A stretch of 54,174 nt of DNA from an uncultured Gammaproteobacteria bacterium (GCA_965652415.1 CBFGVH010000006.1:1-54174); one strand, 5' to 3'; positions 38,330 to 47,019 are shown, counted from the stretch's first letter. A program made the numbers and translations. Notes: generated by a model from the sequence alone, not told the origin.

Positions 38330-39283
38330 TTACTCCAGCATGCCCAGGGACTTGAGCATCTTCTCGTCGGCCACCGCCTGCTCCTCCAGCAGCGACTGGA
38401 ACTCGGCGCGGCTCATGGTGCCTTCGAGCGTCGACGACTCGGCGAGGTAGGCCTGGAAGTCCTCGCTCGCCACGGCTTCGTCGACAATGGCGTGCAGCTT
38501 CTCGACGGTCTCCTCGGGAGTGTCGCCGTGCACGAACATGCCGCGCCAGTGATAACGGGCGAGATCATGGCCGAGTTCGCGGAAAGTGGGCACGTCCGGA
38601 TGCGCCTCGACGCGCTCCTCGGAGGTCACCGCCACTACCTGGGTGCGCTCCTTGAATCGGCCGTAGACGCTGATGTTGCTCATCGCCGCCTCGATGTCAC
38701 CTGCCATGACCGCGCCTATGGCGTCACCGCCGCTGCTGAACGGCACCCAGGTCGGCTCCACGCCGGCGAGCTCTCCGAGCATCAGCGTGGTGATCTGGTG
38801 CGGCGAGCCGGTGCCGTAGCCGCCGACGCGGATCTGGCCGGGATTGGCCTTCATCGCGGCCAGCAGGCTGTCGAGGTCCTCGTACTCGCCGTCACGGCTG
38901 GTGTACAGCGCGAACGGGTCCAGCTGGATGCGGTACAGCGGCTTGAAGTCGGTCCACTTGTGGGCCGCGCCGGGGAGCTGCAGCACCGAGGTGATGCCGG
39001 TGGCATCGTTGAAAATGGTGTGGCCGTCGGCGGCCTGCCCCTTCAGGTAGGCCATGGCCACCTGGCCGGTGCCGCCGGGACGCGGCTCGACCACCACGGG
39101 CACGCCGGCGACGGCTTCCATCTGCGCCGCCAGGCGGCGCACCATGACGTCCTGCGGCGCGCCGGCCGAGGAGCCGTGCACGATCTTGATGGGCCCTGAA
39201 GGGAAGTCGCTGGCCTGGACCGGGCCGGCCAGGACGAGTGCGGACGCCGCGGCGGCCGCGTAAGCGGTGAATCGTTTCAGCAT
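38330..39283 (-). CDS. tctC: Tripartite tricarboxylate transporter substrate-binding protein (Bug/TctC)
   Basis: Signal peptide; SAGAPQD..R, PGGTG, ADGHT and PDVPTFRE.G motifs. Confidence 0.9.
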   Translation of the reverse strand: MLKRFTAYAAAAASALVLAGPVQASDFPSGPIKIVHGSSAGAPQDVMVRRLAAQMEAVAGVPVVVEPRPGGTGQVAMAYLKGQAADGHTIFNDATGITSVLQLPGAAHKWTDFKPLYRIQLDPFALYTSRDGEYEDLDSLLAAMKANPGQIRVGGYGTGSPHQITTLMLGELAGVEPTWVPFSSGGDAIGAVMAGDIEAAMSNISVYGRFKERTQVVAVTSEERVEAHPDVPTFRELGHDLARYHWRGMFVHGDTPEETVEKLHAIVDEAVASEDFQAYLAESSTLEGTMSRAEFQSLLEEQAVADEKMLKSLGMLE

Positions 39284-39396
39284 CTGGAGGGTCCTCCACG
39301 TGAGTCGGTTTGCGTGTCAACGGGGCCGTGATAGTCACTGAGACCTGCCGGCACCTCGCGGACAACGTAACCGAGGCACGGATCTGTCGTCAATGG

Positions 39397-39466
39397 ATTA
39401 TCGATAAAATTTATTATTATCGATTTTGATTTTTTCTAATCACGTCACCATTTTTCTCGATAAAAT
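39397..39466. promoter_or_regulatory. AT-rich divergent promoter with repeated TCGAT-core operator sites
   Basis: TTATCGATAA (39398-39407), TTATCGATTT (39417-39426) and TTCTCGATAA (39454-39463). Confidence 0.65.
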
Positions 39467-39496
39467 AGCCTTCTACACGTGAAGTACCCGGAGACC

Positions 39497-40171
39497 ATGA
39501 GCACCGCCCAAAAATCCGCCGCCACCCTGACCGACCTCGCCTACGCCCGCCTGCGCGAGGACATCCTGAGCGGCCGCCTGGAGCCGGGGTTCAAGCTGCG
39601 CGTGGAGCATCTCAAGGCCCACTACGGCACCGGGGCCAGTCCTATTCGCGAGGCCCTGTCGCGCCTGACCGGCGACGGGCTCGCCCGCGCCGAGGGACGA
39701 CGCGGCTTCCGCGTGTCCGAGGTGTCGCGCGAAGAACTCATGGATATCACGGAGCTGCGCGTGCTCATGGAGACCCGTGCGCTGAGCCTGGCGATCGACG
39801 CGGGCGACGACGATTGGGAGGCCGAGGTGCTGGCCAGCTTTCACCGCCTGTCGAAGCTCGACGAGAGCCTCAAGCAGCAGCAGCCGGGAGAGGAATGGGA
39901 GGCGCGACACCGCGATTTTCACGGCGCCCTGGTCGCAGCCTGCCCGTCGAGCTGGCTGAAGTACTTTCGCGAGATCCTGTTCGACCAGAGCGAACGCTAC
40001 CGTCGCCTCGCCCTTGCCAACGCGCCCGGCGAACGACCGGTCGCCGAGGAACACCGCGCCATCATGGAGGCCACCCTCGGGCGCGACACGGCGCGCGCCT
40101 GCGAACTTCTGACCGCCCACGTTCGCGCCACGGCCGAAGCGGTCGCCCGCAGCGAGCTGGTGCAGGACTGA
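39497..40171 (+). CDS. GntR/FadR-family regulator with FCD domain (CsiR/GlaR-like)
   Basis: AYARLREDIL...PG.KL, SPIREALSRL, RGFRV, HRDFH and EEHRAI motifs. Confidence 0.9.
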   Translation: MSTAQKSAATLTDLAYARLREDILSGRLEPGFKLRVEHLKAHYGTGASPIREALSRLTGDGLARAEGRRGFRVSEVSREELMDITELRVLMETRALSLAIDAGDDDWEAEVLASFHRLSKLDESLKQQQPGEEWEARHRDFHGALVAACPSSWLKYFREILFDQSERYRRLALANAPGERPVAEEHRAIMEATLGRDTARACELLTAHVRATAEAVARSELVQD

Positions 40172-40175
40172 TCGT

Positions 40176-40212
40176 CGCCGCAAGGCCCGGCGACCGGCCG
40201 GGCCTTGCGGCG
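40176..40212. terminator. Perfect 16-bp hairpin between convergent genes (probable bidirectional terminator)
   Basis: CGCCGCAAGGCCCGGC-GACCG-GCCGGGCCTTGCGGCG. Confidence 0.65.
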
Positions 40213-40219
40213 CGAGCGG

Positions 40220-41023
40220 CTACTGGAATATCTCGCCGAGAAACGTCTCGAGTTCGGCCCAGCTCTGCCGGTCCGCTTCCTCGTTGTAGGCCAGCGGCAT
40301 GTTGTTGGCTTCGCCGACCGCGGTCGCGCCGGGATTGGTGAAGCTGTGCATCGCGCCTTCGTAGGCGATGAACTTCATGTCGGCCCCGGCCGCCTCCATT
40401 TCCGACTTGAACGCGTCGACCTGCTCGGGCGGCACCAGCGAATCGTCGGCGCCGTGCAGCACGAGGATGCGCGCCTCGATGTCGCCGGGCCCGGCCGGGT
40501 TCTGCGTGGACAGGTTGCCGTGGAAGCTGGCCACCCCGTCGAGGTCCATGCCCTGGCGCGCCATCTGCAGGACGACGTTGCCGCCGAAGCAGTAGCCGAT
40601 GGCGGCGGTGCTGTCGTTATCGGTGGTGTCGTGTGACTCGAGAATCTCGCGCGCGGCGATGAAGCGCTTCTTGCCGGCCTCCATGTTGGCGAACACTTCC
40701 TGCATGAACTTCTGCGCATCCTCGGGATGGGTGGCGACCTTGCCGTCGCCGTACATGTCCAGGGCCATGGCGGTGTAGCCCATCTGGGCCAGCATGTCGG
40801 CGCGCATGCGCACGTAGTCGTTGTGGCCCCACCACTCGTGCACGATCAGCACGCCGGGGCGTTCGCCCTCGATGGCATCGTCCCAGGCGATGTAGCCGGT
40901 GAGGCTGACGCCGTCGACGTCGTAGGCGACTTCCTCGCCGACCACTTTGGCGCCGGCGGCGCCGGCGAAGGCCGCGAGGGCGAGCGCGGCGGCGCCCGCG
41001 ATGGAGTTTCTGATGACAGTCAT
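40220..41023 (-). CDS. Dienelactone hydrolase family protein with signal peptide
   Basis: SD AGGAG, ATG 41023; HEWWG, GYCFGG, SFHG, HGADD and HSFTNP motifs. Confidence 0.9.
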   Translation of the reverse strand: MTVIRNSIAGAAALALAAFAGAAGAKVVGEEVAYDVDGVSLTGYIAWDDAIEGERPGVLIVHEWWGHNDYVRMRADMLAQMGYTAMALDMYGDGKVATHPEDAQKFMQEVFANMEAGKKRFIAAREILESHDTTDNDSTAAIGYCFGGNVVLQMARQGMDLDGVASFHGNLSTQNPAGPGDIEARILVLHGADDSLVPPEQVDAFKSEMEAAGADMKFIAYEGAMHSFTNPGATAVGEANNMPLAYNEEADRQSWAELETFLGEIFQ

Positions 41024-41069
41024 GGCGGTGCTCCTGTTCGAGTTGGTGTTGACCGGACTATCCGCGGAA

Positions 41070-41095
41070 GGCCCGGCTGCCGTGGCAGCCGGGCC
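41070..41095. other. Inverted repeat/hairpin between the PCu(A)C and DLH genes
   Basis: GGCCCGGCTGCC-GT-GGCAGCCGGGCC. Confidence 0.5.
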
Positions 41096-41154
41096 CGGAC
41101 CGCATCGCGTCAAAGTCTAGCATCTGCGCGCTGCGGGCCCGGCATGACACGATG

Positions 41155-41595
41155 TCAATGTCCGCCGCGGCCGACCTCGAAAGTGACGTCCCTGCGGCTG
41201 CCGTCCTCGAACTCGAGCGCCATCTCGACGCTGTCACCCTCGTTCAGATCGCGGGCAAGGCCGATCAGCATGATGTGCAGCCCGCCCGGCTCGAACGCCA
41301 CCTGCGAACCCGCGGGCAGCGTCACCGAGTCGACACGACGCATCTTCATCATGCCGTCCTCCATGGCGTGGGTGTGGAGTTCGACGTTCTCCGCCACGTC
41401 GGAGTGTGCGGCAACGAGTTCGTGATCGGTGCCGTCCGTATTGCGCACCGTCATGTAGGCGCCGCTCACCGTCATGCCGGGCGCAGCGGCGCGCACCATG
41501 GGCCGGTCCACTTCGACGAGGTCGGCGACGCCGGCGGCGAACGCCGGGGCGGCCAGCGCCGCGACAAACGCGAGCGCAAGGGGTCGGATAAACAT
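41155..41595 (-). CDS. Periplasmic copper chaperone PCu(A)C
   Basis: Signal peptide; GAYM, VELHTH..EDGMMKMR and PGGLHIML Cu-ligand pattern. Confidence 0.92.
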   Translation of the reverse strand: MFIRPLALAFVAALAAPAFAAGVADLVEVDRPMVRAAAPGMTVSGAYMTVRNTDGTDHELVAAHSDVAENVELHTHAMEDGMMKMRRVDSVTLPAGSQVAFEPGGLHIMLIGLARDLNEGDSVEMALEFEDGSRRDVTFEVGRGGH

Positions 41596-41714
41596 GGGAA
41601 ACACCTCCGGAAGGATTGGGAAACCTGGTGCCCGCCGGACGGTTCGACGCCGGTCCGGGCGATGCCTTCAGTCTAGTACAATCCACGCGCAACCCGGTAC
41701 CCGAAGCGGAGGCG

Positions 41715-42902
41715 ATGGAAAATCACGTCCACGAATGGCTGAACCTGGCGATCCGCTGGATCCACGTGATCGTCGGCATCGCCTGGATCGGCGCGTCGTT
41801 CTACTTCAACTGGCTGGAGAACCGGCTGGACCGCCTCGGCGCGCGCGGCGCCGGCATCGCCGGGGAGCTGTGGGCCGTGCACGGCGGCGGCTTCTACCAC
41901 CTGCAGAAGTACGAGGTCGCGCCGCCGCGGCTCCCCGAGACGCTGCACTGGTTCAAGTGGGAGGCCTACACCACGTGGATCTCGGGCATGGCGCTTTTGG
42001 CGGTGGTGTACTACTTCAATGCGCGGGCGTTCGTCGTCGACCCGGCGAAGATGGAATTGCCGCCGGCAGCGGCCGTCGCCATCGGGCTCGGCGCCATCGC
42101 CGTCGCCTGGCTCGTCTACGACGGGCTTTGCAGAAGCCCCCTGAAACAGCGGCCGGTGCTGCTGTCGGCGGCGGTGGCGGTGTTCCTCGCCGCACTGGCC
42201 TGGGCGCTGGACATGGTCTTGAGCAGCCGCGCGGCCTACATGCACGTCGGCGCCGCCATCGGCACCATCATGGTCGCCAACGTGTTCTTCGTCATCATTC
42301 CCGGCCAGCGCGAACTGGTGGCGGCGCTCGGCGCGGGCCGCGAGCCGGACCCGGTTCCGGGCAGGAACGCGCTGGTCAGGTCGCGGCACAACAACTACCT
42401 GACGCTGCCGGTGCTGTTCATCATGATCAGCGGCCACTTCCCGTCCACTTACGGCCACCGGCACGGCTGGCTGGTACTTGTGGCGCTGTCGCTGATCGGC
42501 GTGGCCGTGCGCCACTACTTCAACATCCGCCACGCGAGCCCCCGCGCGGTCTGGATCCTGCCGGCGTCGTTCGCCGCGCTGGTCGCGGTGATGGTTTACA
42601 CCGCGCCGACTCCTATGTCGCGCACCACGACCGTGGTTGCACCCGACGCCGACATCGCCGTGATCCTGCGCCAGCGCTGCACCTCCTGCCACGCACCATC
42701 GCCGACCCAGCCCGGCTTCGCGTCGCCGCCGGCGGGTCTGGCGCTGGACGACATGGACGCGGTGATCGCCAACGCCGAACGCATCTACCTGACCACCGTG
42801 GCCACCAGCACCATGCCGCTCGGCAACCTCACGGGCATGACCGAGACCGAGCGCGCCGTGCTCGGCATGTGGCTCGAGTCGAAGATCGGAGAACGCCGAT
42901 GA
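41715..42902 (+). CDS. puuD: Integral-membrane cytochrome c urate oxidase
   Basis: SD GGAGG; RWIHVIVGIAWIGASFYF, LWAVHGGGFY, LHWFKWEAYTTW, RSRHNNYLTLPV and C-terminal CTSCH...MP motifs. Confidence 0.93.
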   Translation: MENHVHEWLNLAIRWIHVIVGIAWIGASFYFNWLENRLDRLGARGAGIAGELWAVHGGGFYHLQKYEVAPPRLPETLHWFKWEAYTTWISGMALLAVVYYFNARAFVVDPAKMELPPAAAVAIGLGAIAVAWLVYDGLCRSPLKQRPVLLSAAVAVFLAALAWALDMVLSSRAAYMHVGAAIGTIMVANVFFVIIPGQRELVAALGAGREPDPVPGRNALVRSRHNNYLTLPVLFIMISGHFPSTYGHRHGWLVLVALSLIGVAVRHYFNIRHASPRAVWILPASFAALVAVMVYTAPTPMSRTTTVVAPDADIAVILRQRCTSCHAPSPTQPGFASPPAGLALDDMDAVIANAERIYLTTVATSTMPLGNLTGMTETERAVLGMWLESKIGERR

Positions 42903-43819
42903 ACAAGGCCGCCCCCTACCCGCGCGACATGACCGGATACGGCGCGCACCCCCCTCGGGTCGAGTGGCCCGGCGGCGCGCGCATCGCGGTGCAGTTCGTG
43001 GTCAACTACGAGGAAGGCGCGGAGAACTGCGTGCTGCACGGCGACGCGGCCTCCGAAGCTTTCCTGTCGGAGATCATCGGCGCGCCGGCCTATGCCGGAA
43101 TGCGCCACGTCAACATGGAGTCGATCTACGAGTACGGCTCGCGGGTCGGCTTCTGGCGCCTGCACCGCCTGTTCACCGGCCGCGGCATACCGGTCACGGT
43201 GTTCGGCGTCGCCATGGCGCTGGCGCGCAACCCGGACGCGGTGGCGGCCATGAACGAGGCCGGCTGGGAGATCGCAAGCCACGGCTGGCGCTGGATCGAC
43301 TACCAGCACGTCGACGAGGCAGTGGAGTACGAGCACCTCGAGCGCGCGGTTGCCGTGCACACCGAGGCGACGGGCAGCGCCCCGCTCGGCTTCTATCTCG
43401 GCCGCGCCAGCGGCAACACCCATCGCCTGGTGGCCGAATACGGCCGCTTCGTCTACCATGCCGACAGCTACGCCGACGACCTGCCCTACTGGGACACGCG
43501 TCACGGCGCGGCGCAGCTCGTGGTGCCATACACCCTGGACGCCAACGACATGCGCTTCGCCACCGCCCAGGGGTTCAACAGCGGCGCGCAGTTCTTCGAG
43601 TACCTGAAGGACACCTTCGACGTGCTCTACGCCGAGGGCGAGCATTGTCCGAAAATGATGTCCGTGGGCCTTCACTGCCGCCTTGCCGGACGGCCCGGGC
43701 GCACCGCGGCGCTGGCGCGCTTCGTCGACTACGCCGGCGCACGAGACCGCGTGTGGTTCGCCACCCGGCTCGACATCGCCCGCGCGTGGATGCGCCAGTT
43801 CCCGGCACCCGCTGCCTGA
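42899..43819 (+). CDS. puuE: Metal-independent allantoinase (polysaccharide deacetylase fold)
   Basis: YPRDM.GYG, NYEEGAE, ESIYEYGSR, HGWRWIDY and GLHCRL.GRPGR motifs. Confidence 0.94.
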   Translation: MNKAAPYPRDMTGYGAHPPRVEWPGGARIAVQFVVNYEEGAENCVLHGDAASEAFLSEIIGAPAYAGMRHVNMESIYEYGSRVGFWRLHRLFTGRGIPVTVFGVAMALARNPDAVAAMNEAGWEIASHGWRWIDYQHVDEAVEYEHLERAVAVHTEATGSAPLGFYLGRASGNTHRLVAEYGRFVYHADSYADDLPYWDTRHGAAQLVVPYTLDANDMRFATAQGFNSGAQFFEYLKDTFDVLYAEGEHCPKMMSVGLHCRLAGRPGRTAALARFVDYAGARDRVWFATRLDIARAWMRQFPAPAA

Positions 43820-43847
43820 GCGGTCTACCTTCAACAAGCGAACGACG

Positions 43848-44816
43848 ATGAGCAATCAGTGGATCAACCTGGCCTCGGCCAGGCTCGGCGCGACGGCGGT
43901 TTCCGCCAGCGACGACTTCTTCGCCGACAAGGCGCGCATGCTCGACGACGCCGAGCCGGTGTTCGTGCCGGGCAAGTACGACGACAACGGCAAGTGGATG
44001 GACGGCTGGGAGTCGCGCCGCAAGCGCGTGCCGGGACACGACTGGTGCGTGGTGAAGCTGGCCCGCGCCGGCACCATCGCCGAGATCGAGATCGACACCC
44101 GCCACTTCACCGGCAACTACGCCCCCGCGGCCTCGATCGAGGCATGCCTGTCGGACGACGACGATCCCGGCGCCGACGCCGGCTGGCGGGAGATCATGCC
44201 GGTCACCGCGCTGGCGGGCGACGACCGCCGCCGGATCGCGGTCGCCGATGAGGACGCATTCTCCCATGTGCGCCTGAATATCTTCCCCGACGGCGGGGTG
44301 GCACGCCTCAGGGTGTACGGCCGACCCGTGCCTGGTCAAGTCGGCGACGCGACTATCGACCTCGCCGCGGGCCTCAACGGCGGCGTCGCGCTCGCCTGCA
44401 ACGACGCACACTTCGGCGCCATGGGCAACCTGCTGCTGCCGGGGCGCGGCCGCGACATGGGCGACGGCTGGGAGACGCGCCGGCGGCGCGAGCCGGGCTT
44501 CGACTGGGTCATCGTGCAGCTCGGCCGGCCCGGCACCATCGAGCGCATCGAGATCGACACCGCCCACTTCAAGGGCAACTACCCCGACCGCGCCAGCGTG
44601 CAGGCGGCGCTGGTGCCGCGACCCGACCCCGTGTCCATCGCCGCGAACAGCCTCAACTGGCCCACCGTGCTCGGCGAGCAGCACCTTGGCGCCGACGCCA
44701 ACCACGTGTTCGACACCCTCGCCGACCCCGGCATCGTCAACTGCGTGCGGCTTAACATCTTCCCCGACGGCGGCGTCAGCCGCCTTCGCGTGTTCGGGCG
44801 TGCGACGAAGGGCTGA
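43848..44816 (+). CDS. alc: Allantoicase
   Basis: Two repeats, each with DGWE(S/T)RR.R and VRLNIFPDGGV.RLRV.G. Confidence 0.95.
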   Translation: MSNQWINLASARLGATAVSASDDFFADKARMLDDAEPVFVPGKYDDNGKWMDGWESRRKRVPGHDWCVVKLARAGTIAEIEIDTRHFTGNYAPAASIEACLSDDDDPGADAGWREIMPVTALAGDDRRRIAVADEDAFSHVRLNIFPDGGVARLRVYGRPVPGQVGDATIDLAAGLNGGVALACNDAHFGAMGNLLLPGRGRDMGDGWETRRRREPGFDWVIVQLGRPGTIERIEIDTAHFKGNYPDRASVQAALVPRPDPVSIAANSLNWPTVLGEQHLGADANHVFDTLADPGIVNCVRLNIFPDGGVSRLRVFGRATKG

Positions 44817-44820
44817 AACG

Positions 44821-45333
44821 TTGACCGCCTCCGTCGTCGAACTCGTCCCCGCACCGCTGACGGCCGCGGCCTTCGCGCCGTTCGGCGAAGTCATCGACCT
44901 TCCGAGCGCGCGAACATTGTCCATCAACCAGGGACTGACCACGCGCTTTCACGACCTCGCCACCGTCGAGGCCACCGGCGACAGCGCCCGGGTGCTGGTC
45001 AACGTGTTTCGCACCACGCCGCTGCCGCTGCCCCACCGGGTGACGGTGATGGAGCGCCATCCCCTCGGCAGCCAGGCATTCCTGCCGATGGGCAAGGCCC
45101 GCTTCCTGGTGCTGGTGGCAGAGGGCGAGGTTCGGCCCGACCCGGCGAGCTTCGCGCTGTTCCTGAGCGACGGTCGCCAGGGCATCAACCTCGCGCGCAA
45201 CACCTGGCACCACTTCCACATGGTGCTCGATGCGCCGGCGGATTTCGTGGTGATCGATCGCGGCGGGCCCGGCGACAATCTCGAGGAGGTCGACGTGTCG
45301 GATCTCGCCCTGTTGGTGCCGGCGGTGCGCTGA
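44821..45333 (+). CDS. allA: Ureidoglycolate lyase (cupin, AllA family)
   Basis: TTG start; AFAPFGEVI, INQG.TTRFH, MERHPLGSQAF and WHH motifs. Confidence 0.9.
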   Translation: MTASVVELVPAPLTAAAFAPFGEVIDLPSARTLSINQGLTTRFHDLATVEATGDSARVLVNVFRTTPLPLPHRVTVMERHPLGSQAFLPMGKARFLVLVAEGEVRPDPASFALFLSDGRQGINLARNTWHHFHMVLDAPADFVVIDRGGPGDNLEEVDVSDLALLVPAVR

Positions 45334-45339
45334 GGGGGA

Positions 45340-46035
45340 TCAGAACGGCAGCGTGAGTCTCGTCGGTGCATCGGCCTCGGCCGGGGGACCCGCGCCGTCG
45401 GCGACCGGCTCGGGCAGCGGCGCCTGCGCGGCGTCCTGGCCCACGTCCTGGCCCGCATCCTGAATGGCGGCCGGGACGGGTGCGGGCGCGAGCGTGGACT
45501 CGTCGAAGGCCACCGGCAGGTTGGCGACGTCCGCGGACACACCCCGGCCGCCGCCTGGCTGCTCGAGTTCCGGCCGCTTGATGGCGAGCCTCTCCAGTTC
45601 GCCGCCGCGCTCGATCAGCACGTGGTCGGGAGCGACCTCGGCGAGCACGGCATCGGTGTCGCCGATGGCCTGGCCGACGCGCACCACCTGCTGGCGGCCG
45701 CGCCCGGTCTCGATCAGGGCGAGCCCGCGTCGGTCGTCGCCGACGGCGATGACGCCGGCAAGGGTGAGATCGAGACGGGTGGGCGGCGCGGCGCGCTGCA
45801 CCGGCTGCGGTGCCGCCTGTTCGACGCGGCCGAACAGGTGGGAGCGCACGACGGCATTGATATCGACGGCACGCGCCTCGGCGGCGATCGGCTCGACGGC
45901 CACCGACGCCGGTTCCGGCAGCGCCCCCTGGAACACGCCGCGCTGCCAGGCATCGAAGGCGACCCATGCGACCGCCGCGAGCGCAAGCGCATTCAGCGAT
46001 GTCCCTATTAGCGCTTTTCCAAGAGAATTCAACAT
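45340..46035 (-). CDS. GspC/T2SSC-like protein (TM plus HR domain, no PDZ)
   Basis: N-terminal TM, HLFG, APPTRLDLTLAGVI...ALI, V..DHVLIERGG..ERL, low-complexity tail. Confidence 0.75.
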   Translation of the reverse strand: MLNSLGKALIGTSLNALALAAVAWVAFDAWQRGVFQGALPEPASVAVEPIAAEARAVDINAVVRSHLFGRVEQAAPQPVQRAAPPTRLDLTLAGVIAVGDDRRGLALIETGRGRQQVVRVGQAIGDTDAVLAEVAPDHVLIERGGELERLAIKRPELEQPGGGRGVSADVANLPVAFDESTLAPAPVPAAIQDAGQDVGQDAAQAPLPEPVADGAGPPAEADAPTRLTLPF

Positions 46036-46096
46036 ATTGTCGATTCTAGCCAGTTTCCTCGGGCCGGCACAACAACATGCGTACGCCGGCGCCGCG

Positions 46097-46153
46097 TTGA
46101 CATCTCCTCGTCATCTGGATTATTTTGCGGCGCAACAATGGTGCGCCGCAACA
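46097..46153 (+). promoter_or_regulatory. phbB promoter with tandem PhaR-like boxes
   Basis: TTGACA at 46097; TGCGGCGCAACA (46126-46137) and TGCGCCGCAACA (46142-46153). Confidence 0.55.
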
Positions 46154-46227
46154 CCAACTTGTGACAACAACAACGATAATGCGCCGCCCGCCATTGTATG
46201 TGGAATCTTTCATCGGGTAGCAATCAC

Positions 46228-46974
46228 ATGAGCAACAAAACCGCACTGGTAACCGGCGGCACCGGGGGTCTGGGCACCGCGATCTGCAAGGCCCTCGCCG
46301 AGCGCGGCGACCGGGTCATCGCCTGTCACCTTCCGGGCGAGGCCGACCAGGCCAGGAACTGGCAGAAGAAACTGAAAGAGGAGGGGTACGACGTCAACAT
46401 CGTCGCCGGCGACGTGTCCTCGTTCGGCGATACGAAGCGCATGATCGCCGAGATAGAGGCGAACTTCGGCTGGGTCGACATCCTCGTGAACTGCGCCGGC
46501 ATCACCCGCGACAAGACCCTGCGCAAGATGGACGAGAAGGACTGGGAGGACGTGGTCAACGTCAATCTCGGCGGCGTCTTCAACGTCACGCGCCAGGTCA
46601 TCGAGGGCATGATCGAGCGCGGTTTCGGGCGCATCGTCAACATCTCCTCGGTCAACGGCCAGAAGGGCCAGTTCGGTCAGACCAATTACTCCGCGGCCAA
46701 GGCCGGCATGCACGGCTTCACCATGGCGCTGGCCCAGGAAGCGGCGCTCAAGGGCGTGACCGTGAACTCGGTGTCGCCCGGATACATCGCCACCAGCATG
46801 ACCGCCGCCATCCCCGAGGACGTTCGCAACCAGATCGTCGCCGGCATCCCGATGGGCCGCATGGGAGATCCCGAGGATATCGCCCACACCATCGCCTTTC
46901 TCACCGACGCGAAGTGCGATTACATCACCGGCGCCAACATCCCCGTCAACGGCGGGCTGTACATGTCGTTCTGA
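46228..46974 (+). CDS. phbB: Acetoacetyl-CoA reductase
   Basis: TGGTGGLG, AGITRD, SSVNGQKGQFGQTNYSAAKAG and NGGLYM motifs. Confidence 0.93.
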   Translation: MSNKTALVTGGTGGLGTAICKALAERGDRVIACHLPGEADQARNWQKKLKEEGYDVNIVAGDVSSFGDTKRMIAEIEANFGWVDILVNCAGITRDKTLRKMDEKDWEDVVNVNLGGVFNVTRQVIEGMIERGFGRIVNISSVNGQKGQFGQTNYSAAKAGMHGFTMALAQEAALKGVTVNSVSPGYIATSMTAAIPEDVRNQIVAGIPMGRMGDPEDIAHTIAFLTDAKCDYITGANIPVNGGLYMSF

Positions 46975-46986
46975 TTCGCGTCCGGA

Positions 46987-47019
46987 GCGGCGCGCAGCCC
47001 GGGCCGGTTTGCGCGCCGC
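46987..47019 (+). terminator. Hairpin downstream of phbB
   Basis: GCGGCGCGCA...TGCGCGCCGC stem. Confidence 0.45.

Noticed and set aside
39380-39480. AT-rich patch as a sign of horizontal transfer or an attachment site
   Set aside because: It is under 100 bp, is explained by promoter and operator content, and has no integrase or tRNA nearby; flanking genes have host-like composition.
43848-44816. Internal duplication in allantoicase
   Set aside because: This is the normal two-repeat architecture of the family.
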